The notes under the pieces were generated by a model. It was not told the origin of the DNA, made no database searches, and saw nothing but the letters and a program-made list of their open reading frames with translations. Shown here piece by piece: positions 1 through 10,229 of a DNA stretch of 64,000 nt. How positions within the stretch are numbered: position 1 is the stretch's first letter; each line of letters begins with the position of its first letter. Origin of the DNA: an uncultured Ruegeria sp. (GTDB lineage: Bacteria > Pseudomonadota > Alphaproteobacteria > Rhodobacterales > Rhodobacteraceae); assembly GCF_947504215.1 (NCBI RefSeq), contig NZ_CANNGO010000009.1, positions 64,264 to 128,263 of the forward strand. The letters run 5' to 3'. The position numbers and the translations under genes are program-made.

Positions 1-951
1 ACCAGACCAGAAAACCCGCCGCGCGCTGTCGCGGGGTTGTCCGGATACCTTTCACAAGGGCTCGTCGGGCATGAACATTTGGTCGAATGCCTGCTGATCG
101 CTCTGCTGGAAGGCGGCCATTTGCTGGTCGAAGGCCCGCCGGGGCTGGCCAAGACCCGAGCAGTGAAGTGGTTGTCAAATGCCGTAGAGGGCAGCTTTGC
201 CCGTATCCAATGTACGCCCGATCTGATGCCGTCCGACGTGACCGGCACGCCGGTGTATCAACCGCAGGATGGTCGGTTTGAATTTATTTCGGGGCCGGTC
301 TTTCACACTCTGGTTTTGGTTGATGAGATCAACCGGGCTCCGCCCAAAGTGCAATCGGCCTTGTTGGAGGCCATGGCTGAACATCAGGTCACAGTTGGCA
401 ACCAAACACATCCGCTGCCAGATCCTTTTCTGGTCATCGCCACGCAGAATCCGATCGAGCATGACGGAACATTCCCCCTACCAGAGGCACAGCTGGACCG
501 GTTCCTGTTGCACGTGGTCCTAAGCTTGCCGGATCTGGAGACCGAGCGTCAGATTCTGGATCTGGTGATTGCCGAGACTCAGGATGGCCCACCGGACATT
601 CAGCGAATGACGCTGGACCAGCTTCGCCTGGCACAGGCAGAAGCCCGCGCCGTGCATCTGGCACCTGAATTGCGGGACTATATCGTGCGGCTTGTCTCCG
701 CGACACGTGAAGGTTCATTTGCCGTTCATGTCGAGCATGCTGTTTCTCCGCGTGGATCGCTGGCACTGGCCTCAGCAGCACGGGCACGAGCGTATCTAAG
801 AGGCCGTGACTTTGCGTTGCCCGAAGATGTAGCGGCCGTCGCACCGGATGCGTTGGCGCACAGGATGGTTCTGACATGGCGGGCGGTTGCGGATGGTCGC
901 AAACCGCGCGAATTGGTAGCGGACATCCTGAAAACGGTCGAACCGTTGTGA
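1..951 (+). CDS. moxR: MoxR-family AAA+ ATPase (5' end probably outside the window)
   Basis: Walker A GPPGLAKT, Walker B DEINRA, signature ATQNPIEHDGTFPLPEAQLDRF. The frame is open from base 1, upstream of the TTG at 37. Confidence 0.95.
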   Translation, partial: TRPENPPRAVAGLSGYLSQGLVGHEHLVECLLIALLEGGHLLVEGPPGLAKTRAVKWLSNAVEGSFARIQCTPDLMPSDVTGTPVYQPQDGRFEFISGPVFHTLVLVDEINRAPPKVQSALLEAMAEHQVTVGNQTHPLPDPFLVIATQNPIEHDGTFPLPEAQLDRFLLHVVLSLPDLETERQILDLVIAETQDGPPDIQRMTLDQLRLAQAEARAVHLAPELRDYIVRLVSATREGSFAVHVEHAVSPRGSLALASAARARAYLRGRDFALPEDVAAVAPDALAHRMVLTWRAVADGRKPRELVADILKTVEPL

Positions 952-1853
952 CCGAGGCACTGTCACACGCGGGAGTGAGCCTGTCGTCTGAGGCCTTGAT
1001 TGGGCTGCGGCGCGTGGCGTTGTCGGCCTATGCAAAGCCGCCTGTCGCGGCCTTGCCCGGAGGGTTCCTGACCCGCAAACGCGGGCAGGGTGTCGAGGTT
1101 GCAGATGTCAGAGAATACGTGGCGGGTGACGACATACGTCATCTCGATCGTGGCACCACCGCGCGCACCGGGCGCCTGCATATCCGCCAGTTTCAAGAGG
1201 AGCGGGACAGGGTATCCCTGCTGGTCGCGGACTTTCGCGCGCCGATGTTTTGGGGGATGCAACGCGCCTTTCTGTCCGTCGCGGCCGCCGAAGCGTTGGT
1301 TCTGATCGGCTGGCATCTGATCGAAAGCGGCGGGCGTGTCGGGTTGTTGGCAATCACTGCGGACACGCCTGTCATCATTCCACCTCGTGGTAGAACCCGT
1401 GGCATGCTGGACGTAATAGGCGGTTTGGTTCAGGCCCATGCCAGCAGCCTGACAGCCATACAAGCTGGGCAGGACGAAGGCCGCACACTAGCACAGGCGC
1501 TGACCAGTGCTGAACGTCTAACACCACCCGGTTCCGAAATCATCATCGCTTCGGGGTTTGATCAGCCTGGCGACGCTCTTGCCGACCGTTTGGATCAGCT
1601 GGCGCATCGCCGCAGCCCGCGGCTTGTTCTGATCACTGAGCGCAAGACCCGCGAAATGCCGCGGGGTTGGTATCCGATACGATTTTCCGATGGTCAGCAA
1701 AAACGCGTTTATCTGGATGGGACCGAGTCGGAAGACAGCGACATCTACCAAAAAATCGATGCACATCCGGCCTTGGTTCTGAATGCAAGCGATCCCATTG
1801 ATACAACGGGGCGTCGCATCTCGGCGGCGTTCTCGGAAAAATATGCGGCATGA
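948..1853 (+). CDS. DUF58 family protein (MoxR partner, MxaS-like)
   Basis: RGQGVEVADVREYVAGDDIRHLD motif. The GTG at 948 overlaps the moxR stop (GTGA). The MIDAS-like site is degenerate (DFRAPM). Confidence 0.88.
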   Translation: MTEALSHAGVSLSSEALIGLRRVALSAYAKPPVAALPGGFLTRKRGQGVEVADVREYVAGDDIRHLDRGTTARTGRLHIRQFQEERDRVSLLVADFRAPMFWGMQRAFLSVAAAEALVLIGWHLIESGGRVGLLAITADTPVIIPPRGRTRGMLDVIGGLVQAHASSLTAIQAGQDEGRTLAQALTSAERLTPPGSEIIIASGFDQPGDALADRLDQLAHRRSPRLVLITERKTREMPRGWYPIRFSDGQQKRVYLDGTESEDSDIYQKIDAHPALVLNASDPIDTTGRRISAAFSEKYAA

Positions 1854-2221
1854 GCGAAACAGCACTGTCCGAAGCCACAATGCTGGCAAGCCTCAGGGAC
1901 ATTCGCTTGCCTCCCGACGCCGCCGGCGGGGTTCTGGCTGAACTGGCCTTGTCAGCGGGTGTGGCAGCATTAGCCGCCTTTTGTGTCGTGGCCTTATTGC
2001 GTTTGCTGAGCGTCCAGCGCAGCCGGGACCGATCTGCTGACAGCAATGAGGCAAGCCCGGACATGTCTGAATGGACCCAGGCGCGTCGCAGGGTCGCCCT
2101 TTTGCACCAGTTGCGGCATCAGGATGCTGCGCGTTATGCTGCGCTTAAAGGCGACTTGTACCGCCCTGATGGTGGACCAAATCTGCACCAGCTAGAGGAG
2201 GAGGTCGCGCGCCGTGTATGA
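1850..2221 (+). CDS. Small membrane-anchored protein of MoxR/Bat operons (DUF4381-like)
   Basis: LRDIRLP motif followed by one hydrophobic helix. ATGA overlap with the upstream gene. Confidence 0.65.
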   Translation: MSETALSEATMLASLRDIRLPPDAAGGVLAELALSAGVAALAAFCVVALLRLLSVQRSRDRSADSNEASPDMSEWTQARRRVALLHQLRHQDAARYAALKGDLYRPDGGPNLHQLEEEVARRV

Positions 2222-3176
2222 ACTTGCCGATCCGCTGATGCTGGTCTTGCTGCCATTGCCTTGGTTGATCGCGCGTATTCTGACACGACGCCCTGTATTG
2301 GAACGCGGTTTCCCGGTGCCTGATCGCATCGGCGGGACGCTGATGAACGCCAGCCCAAGGCGAGACCCGCGCCGCGCCGTTGTTCTGGACAGGTTGATGC
2401 TTTGGGGCATTTGGGCTCTGATTGTGTTCGCCTTGTCCGGCCCGCGTGAATTGACGCCGGTCAGCGCCCTGAAGGTGTCGGGTCGGGATCTGGCCATCGT
2501 GCTTGATTTGTCCGGGTCGATGGTGCGAGACGACTTTTTCCTGGATGGGCAGCCGATTACCCGGCTTGAGGCTGTAACAACGATAGGTGCTGATTTTGCC
2601 CGGCGCAGAGGCGGCGACCGGGTAGCGCTGATCGTGTTCGGCTCCGAGGCTTACTATGCCACGCCATTCACCTTTGACAACGAAGCCGTCGCGCGCCGGA
2701 TCGAAGAGGCCAGCATCGGTATTTCGGGGCGGGCAACGAATATCTCGGATGGGCTGGGTCTGGCACTGAAACGATTGGACGACAGTCAAGCGGCGTCTCG
2801 GGTCGTGATCCTGCTATCGGACGGGGTCAACAATGCAGGTGCGACCAACCCCCGTGGCGTGGCAGAATTGGCTGCCAACATGGGCGTGCGCGTTCACACC
2901 ATCGCGCTGGGGCCAAAGGATTTGGAAAGCGCCGAGGTCGGGGAACGCGGCGTTGTGGACGCCACAACCTTGCGGGCAATCGCCCAGGTGTCCGGCGGCG
3001 AGAGTTTTAGGGTGAAGACAACCGACGATCTGGTCGCGGTAACGCAAGCGCTGGATCGGTTGGAAGCCACCGACAGTGCTGGCCTGTCTGCTGAAATCTA
3101 CCGTGACTATTGGGTTTGGCCTGCGGCGTTGGCCGCCGCACTGGCTTTGTTGGCGACATGGAGGCAGGTGGCATGA
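2214..3176 (+). CDS. VWA domain membrane protein (BatA/MxaC-like)
   Basis: Intact MIDAS DLSGS, LLSDG motif, N- and C-terminal TM helices. Confidence 0.92.
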   Translation: MYELADPLMLVLLPLPWLIARILTRRPVLERGFPVPDRIGGTLMNASPRRDPRRAVVLDRLMLWGIWALIVFALSGPRELTPVSALKVSGRDLAIVLDLSGSMVRDDFFLDGQPITRLEAVTTIGADFARRRGGDRVALIVFGSEAYYATPFTFDNEAVARRIEEASIGISGRATNISDGLGLALKRLDDSQAASRVVILLSDGVNNAGATNPRGVAELAANMGVRVHTIALGPKDLESAEVGERGVVDATTLRAIAQVSGGESFRVKTTDDLVAVTQALDRLEATDSAGLSAEIYRDYWVWPAALAAALALLATWRQVA

Positions 3177-4072
3177 GCGATTGGGATGTCACTCTGCTGC
3201 GACCATTGTGGCTAGGCTTGTTGCCTGGGCTGGCCGTCTTGGCGTGGTGGGTCCTGACCCGCGTCCCAAGTTTTGGGAATTGGGATAAAGTGACAGACCC
3301 GGTGCTTATGAAGGCCATGGTCGCTATCGGTCGGGTCGAAGGGTCCTCGATATCATTGGCTCCGATTGCCTTTTTGGCGGCGGCAGGGATTTGTCTGGTC
3401 GCGCTTGCAGGGCCAGCTTTTGAGCGGCGCGACGCTCAGACCTATCGCAATCTGGATGGCGTTTTGTTTTTAGTAGACGCATCCGCAAGTGTGACAGATG
3501 ACGAACGCTGGCCGCAGATGTTGACCATGGGCCGGTTTGGGGTGGGTGCACTGGGGTCCCGACCCGGTGGGATCATTGTCTTCGGTGGTGACGCCTATGT
3601 AGCAACCGACATGACAACGGATCACCGCCAACTGGGTCAGACCTTTTCACTGATCAGCGCGGAAACGGTGCCCGACAAAGGCTCACGCCCCGAGCGGGCC
3701 CTGGCCCTGGCCCGGCAACGGATCGAAGAGGCAGGCATACTGGCCGGTGATGTGGTGCTGTTCACCGATGGTGCAGGTTTGGGGCCCGCATCGCTGCAAC
3801 AAACAGCCGCGCTGGCTGAGCGCGGCGCACGGGTGTCTTTGGTCGTTCTTAGCGAAAACGATGCGCAGGCAGATACCCATTCCAAAGCGGGTGGCGGAGC
3901 CGTTTTCACCTTAGATCAGACGGATGATCTGGGGTGGTGGCTGTCCGATGATGCCTCGACACGGCTTGAGAAAGCCGACTATCCGGTTCTGTTCTGGTAC
4001 GATTTGGGGCGGTATCTGCTTGTACTGGCACTGTTCCCGCTGTTGTTTTTGTTCTGGAGGGACCAGCCATGA
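3173..4072 (+). CDS. Second VWA domain membrane protein (BatB/MxaL-like)
   Basis: MIDAS DASAS and LFTDG motif. The ATG at 3173 overlaps the upstream TGA. Confidence 0.88.
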   Translation: MSDWDVTLLRPLWLGLLPGLAVLAWWVLTRVPSFGNWDKVTDPVLMKAMVAIGRVEGSSISLAPIAFLAAAGICLVALAGPAFERRDAQTYRNLDGVLFLVDASASVTDDERWPQMLTMGRFGVGALGSRPGGIIVFGGDAYVATDMTTDHRQLGQTFSLISAETVPDKGSRPERALALARQRIEEAGILAGDVVLFTDGAGLGPASLQQTAALAERGARVSLVVLSENDAQADTHSKAGGGAVFTLDQTDDLGWWLSDDASTRLEKADYPVLFWYDLGRYLLVLALFPLLFLFWRDQP

Positions 4073-4743
4073 AATGGTGCGCCATCTTTGCCGTTGCGTT
4101 GATCTCGCTGGCCTACGCTTTGGGTGGCGCGGCGCCTTTCGGACGGGTTGCGCTGGCGCTTGGGTTCAACACGTTTTCTGCGCGGGTGTTTCAGGACCCA
4201 GACTGGCGAGGCGTGGCGTTGTATCGTGCCCAGGACTTCAATGCTGCTGCGCTGGCTTTCAAAGAAGCAGGCGATCTGTACAACTTCGGCAATGCCGAGG
4301 TGTTTGGCGGTCGTATTGCCGCCGGGCTTGAAGCTTACGATCAGGCCATACAATCAGGTGACCCTGACGCGCAGGCAAATTTCGACGTGGTGGCCGCATA
4401 TTTTGCAGGTCTGCAGATCGATCCGGCGGCACTTGGGTTGTTTCCTGAGCGCAAGGAAGGCCCCAAGGCCGACAGTTTCATTGCGCGCGGGGATGCGCGC
4501 GCGGCGGGGACGGGCAGCGAAGTGACCAACTCAAACACGATGCTGGGACTGGCCGAACTGGACAGTCGCGGGCGCCTGGGTGTTCGCCGGATTTTTGATG
4601 ACAAGTTCATGGTCGCGGATGAGCGTTGGCTTAATCAATTATCCGACGTGCCCGGCGAATTCATGGTCGCCAGGATTGCGCAGGAACATAAGCGCCGTGA
4701 GAAACTGGGTTTAACACCCCCTGAACCGGAGGATCCGCTATGA
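4069..4743 (+). CDS. TPR-containing protein (BatC/MxaK-like)
   Basis: TPR-like GVALYRAQDF..YNFGNA..YDQAI..AQANF. Translationally coupled (ATGA). Confidence 0.75.
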   Translation: MKWCAIFAVALISLAYALGGAAPFGRVALALGFNTFSARVFQDPDWRGVALYRAQDFNAAALAFKEAGDLYNFGNAEVFGGRIAAGLEAYDQAIQSGDPDAQANFDVVAAYFAGLQIDPAALGLFPERKEGPKADSFIARGDARAAGTGSEVTNSNTMLGLAELDSRGRLGVRRIFDDKFMVADERWLNQLSDVPGEFMVARIAQEHKRREKLGLTPPEPEDPL

Positions 4744-5939
4744 AATGGCTGGTCCTGCTCTGTCTGACGATGCCCTTGCAGGTGCTGGCGCAGTCAAAAA
4801 CGGTGCTTCCATCCGATCTTTCGATTGAAGTGTCGGTCGAAGACGGTACAGAAGCCCGTTTCACGCATGAGATGATCTTGTTGACCATCCGCGGCGTCTA
4901 CCGCCGACACATCACAAGAGAACAGCTGATCCAGCCGGATTTTGATGGGTTTAGCTGGGCGCAGCTAGGTCCGGACCGCTGGTCCGAAGAACGGATCAGT
5001 GGTCGAAAGTTCAAAGTGCTCACCAGACGCATGGCAATCTATCCAGCGCGGCCCGGAGCGCTGACGATAGGGCGGTTCACGCACCGGCTGACTTTGACAG
5101 ATGAAAGTGATGATTGGTTCGAACATGAAATCCAATCGGAACCTTTAACCATCGACGTGGCCGAAGCCCCGGCAACAACAGATTGGTGGTTTCCGGTGCG
5201 CAACCTGAAGATCTCGGATCAATGGTCCAATGCGCCGGATCAGCTGTCACCCGGCGAAGGCGTGTTGCGCGTCATCCGGCTCGAGGCATTGGGCGCGACG
5301 CCCGAGATGATCCCACCCATGCCTGACTTGCGGTCGCCTTCCGCCATGATCTTTGCGCATCCCGAGAAACGGTTGGTAGAGTTGACCCCGGAAGGTCCTG
5401 TTACCTACGCTTTCTGGCGGTGGACGATACGGCCAACCAATGACGTGTCCGGTATCGTAGAGCCTTTGCAATTCAGTTACTTTGACACGGTTGCGCGTGA
5501 AGAAAGGGCGGTCACCATTTCCGCGCAACGGATTGCCTATGGGTCGGTCAGCGGAAAGGCGAAAAGTGCGGTGTCTCAGCTGGCACCTCTGCCGTCCGCA
5601 GCCAGGTTACCCAGCTGGCCGGCCGCGGTGCTGGCGGTTTTGGTATTTGTCGCGGTTGTTGGGTTGGGTTTGTCTGGCCGCAGGTTGACTGGCTTAGGCG
5701 CGTTGCAACGCTTTGGCATGTTCGATCCCCTCGCGCGTCGTTTGCGGCGATTTGCGAGAAAAGGTCAGGCAGCTGGGTTACGTCAGGCAGCGACCGCGAT
5801 GGCCCGGCGCGATGGCCTGACACAACAGCGCCTGGATTTGATCAGGGATTTCGACCGTCGCTATTTCGACCCTAAATCCGATGAACCTAATCTGATGCGC
5901 TTTGCGCGGCTGTTCCTGCGCGCTGGGTTGAAACAGTAA
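4740..5939 (+). CDS. BatD-family exported protein (MxaA-like position)
   Basis: Signal peptide, beta-rich Ig-like repeats, C-terminal TM helix. Last gene of the MoxR operon. Confidence 0.7.
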   Translation: MKWLVLLCLTMPLQVLAQSKTVLPSDLSIEVSVEDGTEARFTHEMILLTIRGVYRRHITREQLIQPDFDGFSWAQLGPDRWSEERISGRKFKVLTRRMAIYPARPGALTIGRFTHRLTLTDESDDWFEHEIQSEPLTIDVAEAPATTDWWFPVRNLKISDQWSNAPDQLSPGEGVLRVIRLEALGATPEMIPPMPDLRSPSAMIFAHPEKRLVELTPEGPVTYAFWRWTIRPTNDVSGIVEPLQFSYFDTVAREERAVTISAQRIAYGSVSGKAKSAVSQLAPLPSAARLPSWPAAVLAVLVFVAVVGLGLSGRRLTGLGALQRFGMFDPLARRLRRFARKGQAAGLRQAATAMARRDGLTQQRLDLIRDFDRRYFDPKSDEPNLMRFARLFLRAGLKQ

Positions 5940-6039
5940 ACAAGTTTTGAAGTTACAACGACATGTTGGCATCCGGTTTCTTCTTGAAACAGTTGAAACG
6001 GCACAGAATTGCTGTACCTTTCCCTGCGGAGGAGAAGAA

Positions 6040-6759
6040 ATGTATACGGTGGGAGACCCCAAAACGGTGGACAACGTGTCCAGCGTTTTGATCGTGGATG
6101 ATCATCCACTTTATGGCGACGCCCTTGCGGCCGCGCTGCAGTTGAGTTTTGAGAATTGCCGCATCGAAAAAGCCAAAACGCTAAAACAAACTTTCGAAGT
6201 GCTAAGCAGCGGTTTCAAACCCGACCTGATTATGTTCGATCTGAAGCTGCCTGACGTGACGGGCATTTCCGGGTTTCAACAGTTGCGGGAACGGTGGCCT
6301 GCTGCACCGGTTTTGGTGATCTCTTCCCTTGCCTCGAGCGAGCTGGTGCGTTCGCTGATTGACCATGGTGCGATGGGGTTCTTGCCTAAGGACGCTTCGG
6401 CGCAGACGTTAAAATTTGTCGTTGGCGAGATCGCAGCCGGGCGCAAATATGTCCCCCCCGAATACAGCCGCGTGGATGAGGTGCCGGCACCGGAAAGCAA
6501 CGTGTATCAATCAAGCCCGGAACTCTCGACACTGACGCCGCAACAAGTGCGTATCCTGAAGCTTATCTGCGTTGGCAAATCGAACAAACAGATCGCTTAT
6601 GAGCTGACTCTGGCCGAAGCTACCGTAAAGGCGCATATCACGGCGTTGCTGCGCCGCCTTGGTGTTCGCAACAGAACTCAGGCTGCTGTTTTAGTCGACT
6701 CAGTTCTGGCACGGCAGACACGACATGAACCGGAGGTGAAAACCTTTCTGCAACACTAA
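6040..6759 (+). CDS. NarL/LuxR-family response regulator (FlhR/AfdR-like)
   Basis: REC domain (IVDDHP, DLKLP) plus LuxR HTH (LTPQQ..GKSNKQIAYELTLAEATVKAH). GGAG RBS before the ATG at 6040. Confidence 0.9.
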   Translation: MYTVGDPKTVDNVSSVLIVDDHPLYGDALAAALQLSFENCRIEKAKTLKQTFEVLSSGFKPDLIMFDLKLPDVTGISGFQQLRERWPAAPVLVISSLASSELVRSLIDHGAMGFLPKDASAQTLKFVVGEIAAGRKYVPPEYSRVDEVPAPESNVYQSSPELSTLTPQQVRILKLICVGKSNKQIAYELTLAEATVKAHITALLRRLGVRNRTQAAVLVDSVLARQTRHEPEVKTFLQH

Positions 6760-6768
6760 GGGCTGCCA

Positions 6769-7926
6769 ATGCGAGATCTGAAGCATGGACCAAAAAGTAT
6801 CGGCATCGGCCGCTCTCAGGCCTCGGATACGAGTGCTGCTGTCAATGAAGCATGCTCAGATTTTAACAGCGATTTGTCCTGTTTCGTGCTGGCTTTCATT
6901 CCCAACGGGCTTGATCCGGCGGAAGTAACTCAGTGTTTGACCCGAAAACTGGCCGGAGTACCGGTTTTCGGGTGCACCACCGCAGGCCAGATTACGGAAA
7001 ACGGATATGAATCTGATGCACTGTTATTGCTTTCTTTTCCGAAGGCAAATTTTCGGTGCTCATCAATTCTTTTTGAGAACATTAAGCCCCTGAACTCTAC
7101 CGAGATTGCAGCGCAGGCACAGCGGCAAGCGGAAAAATTCCGCCATACCGCTGGATGGAACCGACTGGCCCTGATGTTTTCGGACGGGTTGTCCAAACAA
7201 GAGGATTTGCTTGTATCCACGCTGGAAACCGTTCTCGACGGATTGCCGATTTTTGGTGGCTCTGCCGGTGACGGCTTGCAATATGAAGAGACGTTTGTGT
7301 TGCATGGCGGCAAAGCGCGTACCAATGCTGCGGTGCTCCTGCTGATCGAAACAAACCTGCATTTTCAAGGCATTGGGTTTGATCATTTCTTACCAATCGG
7401 ATCGGAGATCATCATTACGGATGCCGACCCGGAAGAGCGGCTGGTCTATGAGATCAACGGTGCGCCCGCTGCATTGGAATACGCGCGGCTTGTTGGATGT
7501 CCGGCGGACCAGTTGTCGCCGCAGGTCTTTGCGGAAAACCCGATGTTGCTGCGTCAGAACTTGAACTACTACGTGCGGGCGATCCGCGAAGTGACAGATG
7601 GGTGCGCCCTGTCCTTCATGGCCGCAATTGATGACGGTCTGATCATGACACTGGGGCGCGGCAAAGAGATTATTGAGACGCTTGAGGCGGGGCTGAACAT
7701 TCATGATCCTGCCGGGAACTCACCTGATTTTATCCTGGGCTTCGATTGTGTGCTGCGCAAACTGGAGATCGAACAGAAACAGCTGAGCAGGCAGGTGTCT
7801 GACGTCTTGCAGTCCAGACGCGTGATCGGGTTCAACACATATGGCGAACAGCAAACCGGTGTTCATATGAACCAGACATTTGTCGGGGTCGCCTTTTTCG
7901 AACCGGAAAAGCGGGATCTGAGTTGA
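6769..7926 (+). CDS. FIST (NosP-type) sensor domain protein
   Basis: GCTTAGQI, PIFGGSAGD, GFDCVLR and GFNTYGEQ motifs typical of FIST_N/FIST_C. Confidence 0.9.
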   Translation: MRDLKHGPKSIGIGRSQASDTSAAVNEACSDFNSDLSCFVLAFIPNGLDPAEVTQCLTRKLAGVPVFGCTTAGQITENGYESDALLLLSFPKANFRCSSILFENIKPLNSTEIAAQAQRQAEKFRHTAGWNRLALMFSDGLSKQEDLLVSTLETVLDGLPIFGGSAGDGLQYEETFVLHGGKARTNAAVLLLIETNLHFQGIGFDHFLPIGSEIIITDADPEERLVYEINGAPAALEYARLVGCPADQLSPQVFAENPMLLRQNLNYYVRAIREVTDGCALSFMAAIDDGLIMTLGRGKEIIETLEAGLNIHDPAGNSPDFILGFDCVLRKLEIEQKQLSRQVSDVLQSRRVIGFNTYGEQQTGVHMNQTFVGVAFFEPEKRDLS

Positions 7927-10196
7927 CCATGCTGAACCCGGAAGATCCTGCAGAACTTCAAATTGCCAAGCAGGCCAAGATCATTGATGCGCTGGTGCGA
8001 CGGGCCAACCGCCAGAAAGATGTCGGCCCGTCAGCGTTCCGTGCCTTTCAGTCCGCCATCGAATTGCGGCAACGGGTTATGGAGCAAAGCCGGGATCTGG
8101 AACGGGCGACGACCGAGCTGGAAAGCGCGCGGTATGAGCGGGAGCAGACGCGCAAAAGCCTGGTCAAAGCGCTGTCTTCAATGGAAGAAGGGTTTGCGCT
8201 GTTCACTGACGGTCAGTTAAATCTGTGCAACGATCTGTTCCAAACAATCTTTCCCGACGTTCCCGAGCTTGTGTCACCTGGTCTGGATCTGGCGCAGTTT
8301 TTCACCTTGGTTCAAAACAGCGGGCAGTTTGTATCGTCAGACCGGGGTGTGTCGGACATGCTGGATACGTTGCTCAGCAATTGCCACACAGGCCTTGTGT
8401 CCAGCGAGGTGATCGAGCTGTTGGGCGACCGTTGGTATAAGCTGAGTGCCCAATACACATCGACCGAAAACGTTGTTATTCTGTTGACCGATATTACTTC
8501 GGTTGTACGTCGCAATCGCGACGAAAAAGAAACCCTGATCGACCGTCAGGAAGACTATCTGCAGGCGGTTTTTCAGAACATGAGTTCGGGCCTTTGCACA
8601 TTTTCTGCTGACACTGAGATCATGATGCACAATGCGCGGTTTCGCGAGATTTTGAACTTGCCGCACCCGTTACTCCGCCCTCGCATGCCGGTGCAAAACC
8701 TTCTGGATCTCATGCGGGCCCGTGGCCTGATCAAGGCAGATGACGAACTGAAGGTTGGGAAATGGCAGCACGAGCTCAAAAGCAGAGGCTGGTTGCGCAA
8801 ACGGGTTCGCGACGGGGCTGATCGCGTTCTGGACATTCAGGCCAACCAGCTGCCGGATGGTGGTTTTCTTGTTGAATTGAAGGATGTCACACTAGAAGCG
8901 CGGGCAACCGAGACACTGGAAAACCGTGTGATGGAACGGACAGCCGAGTTGACGCGGGCGAATGAAAAACTGATCCGCGAGTATGAAGAAAAGGCACGTG
9001 TCGAAGAAGCTTTGAGGGTCGCCAAAGAACGAGCGGAGGCAGCGGTTTCATCAAAAACTAGGTTTCTGGCGGCGGCCAGCCATGATCTTTTGCAGCCGAT
9101 CAATGCCGCGAAGCTGATGATCTCGACACTTATGGAGATCACACGCGACACCGATCTGCATGAAATGATGGATCGTCTGGATGGCGCCTTTGGATCGGCC
9201 GAACAGCTATTGCATTCGCTGCTTGATATCTCGCGTCTGGAAACGGCCGATCCGGATACGGTTTCTCCAACCAGTGTCAGCCTTGCATCGATAATCGCAG
9301 GCATTCATGGCGACCAGGCGCTGGTCGCCGAGAAAAACAACGTGCGGCTGGATGTGGTGTCGTGCTCGGAATTTGTGCATTCAGATTCCGTTTATCTGCT
9401 GCGGTCCATTCAGAATCTGGTGGTGAACGCGATTCAGTATACCGAGCCCGGCGGTAGGGTGCTTGTGGGGTGTCGCCGTCGTGGTAGCAAGATTGTTGTT
9501 CAGGTTTGGGATACTGGCATTGGTATCGCCCGAAAAGATCAGGCCCGGGTGTTTGAAGAATTCACCCGGGCCGACAACGTAACGTTTGGGTCCGGTATGG
9601 GGCTTGGGCTTTCCGTTGTGGATCGGGCGTGCCGCCTGCTGGGTCACAAACTGTCGCTGCGGTCAAAACCGGGCGTTGGGTCGGTGTTCAGTATTGAAAT
9701 GGACAGGGTAGAGGCGGATCGCGGCGCGATCGAGCCGCTGGATCTGCTGCCGCATACAGATGACATGTCACTGGATCACATCGTTCTTGTCATTGAAAAT
9801 GACAAAGACGTGCTTTTTGGTACGACGCTCTGGCTGGAACAAAACGGTGCAAGCGTTCTGCCGGCCCGATCCACTGAAGAAGCGATGCGATTTGTGACCG
9901 ACATGGGTATGCCGCCGGATATTATTCTTGCCGATTATCAGCTTGATGATGGTGATACAGGCGTCAACGCTATTCGTCAGATCCGAGAGATGACCCAGAC
10001 CCACGTTCCGGCCATTCTGATCACTGCGGATCGGAGCGAAAGCCTGCGCCATGCGGGACTAAGGCATGATGTGTCGGTCATGACCAAACCGGTTAAACTG
10101 TCGCGATTGCGGTCGCTGATCGTGTGGAAAGTGCATCGTGACCTGACAGGCATGGCTTCGACACCGACAAAAGTCGGCGGTGACTCAGGTGGTTAA
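7923..10196 (+). CDS. Cytoplasmic hybrid sensor histidine kinase (PAS-like, HisKA, HATPase, REC; FlhS/AfdS-like)
   Basis: H-box AASHDLLQP, N-box NLVVNAIQYT, G boxes DTGIGI and GMGLGL, C-terminal REC. No TM helix seen. Start is TTG 7923 or ATG 7929. Confidence 0.92.
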   Translation: MTMLNPEDPAELQIAKQAKIIDALVRRANRQKDVGPSAFRAFQSAIELRQRVMEQSRDLERATTELESARYEREQTRKSLVKALSSMEEGFALFTDGQLNLCNDLFQTIFPDVPELVSPGLDLAQFFTLVQNSGQFVSSDRGVSDMLDTLLSNCHTGLVSSEVIELLGDRWYKLSAQYTSTENVVILLTDITSVVRRNRDEKETLIDRQEDYLQAVFQNMSSGLCTFSADTEIMMHNARFREILNLPHPLLRPRMPVQNLLDLMRARGLIKADDELKVGKWQHELKSRGWLRKRVRDGADRVLDIQANQLPDGGFLVELKDVTLEARATETLENRVMERTAELTRANEKLIREYEEKARVEEALRVAKERAEAAVSSKTRFLAAASHDLLQPINAAKLMISTLMEITRDTDLHEMMDRLDGAFGSAEQLLHSLLDISRLETADPDTVSPTSVSLASIIAGIHGDQALVAEKNNVRLDVVSCSEFVHSDSVYLLRSIQNLVVNAIQYTEPGGRVLVGCRRRGSKIVVQVWDTGIGIARKDQARVFEEFTRADNVTFGSGMGLGLSVVDRACRLLGHKLSLRSKPGVGSVFSIEMDRVEADRGAIEPLDLLPHTDDMSLDHIVLVIENDKDVLFGTTLWLEQNGASVLPARSTEEAMRFVTDMGMPPDIILADYQLDDGDTGVNAIRQIREMTQTHVPAILITADRSESLRHAGLRHDVSVMTKPVKLSRLRSLIVWKVHRDLTGMASTPTKVGGDSGG

Positions 10197-10229
10197 GGAC
10201 GTACTCTCAAAACAGGGAGGTGAAGACTC

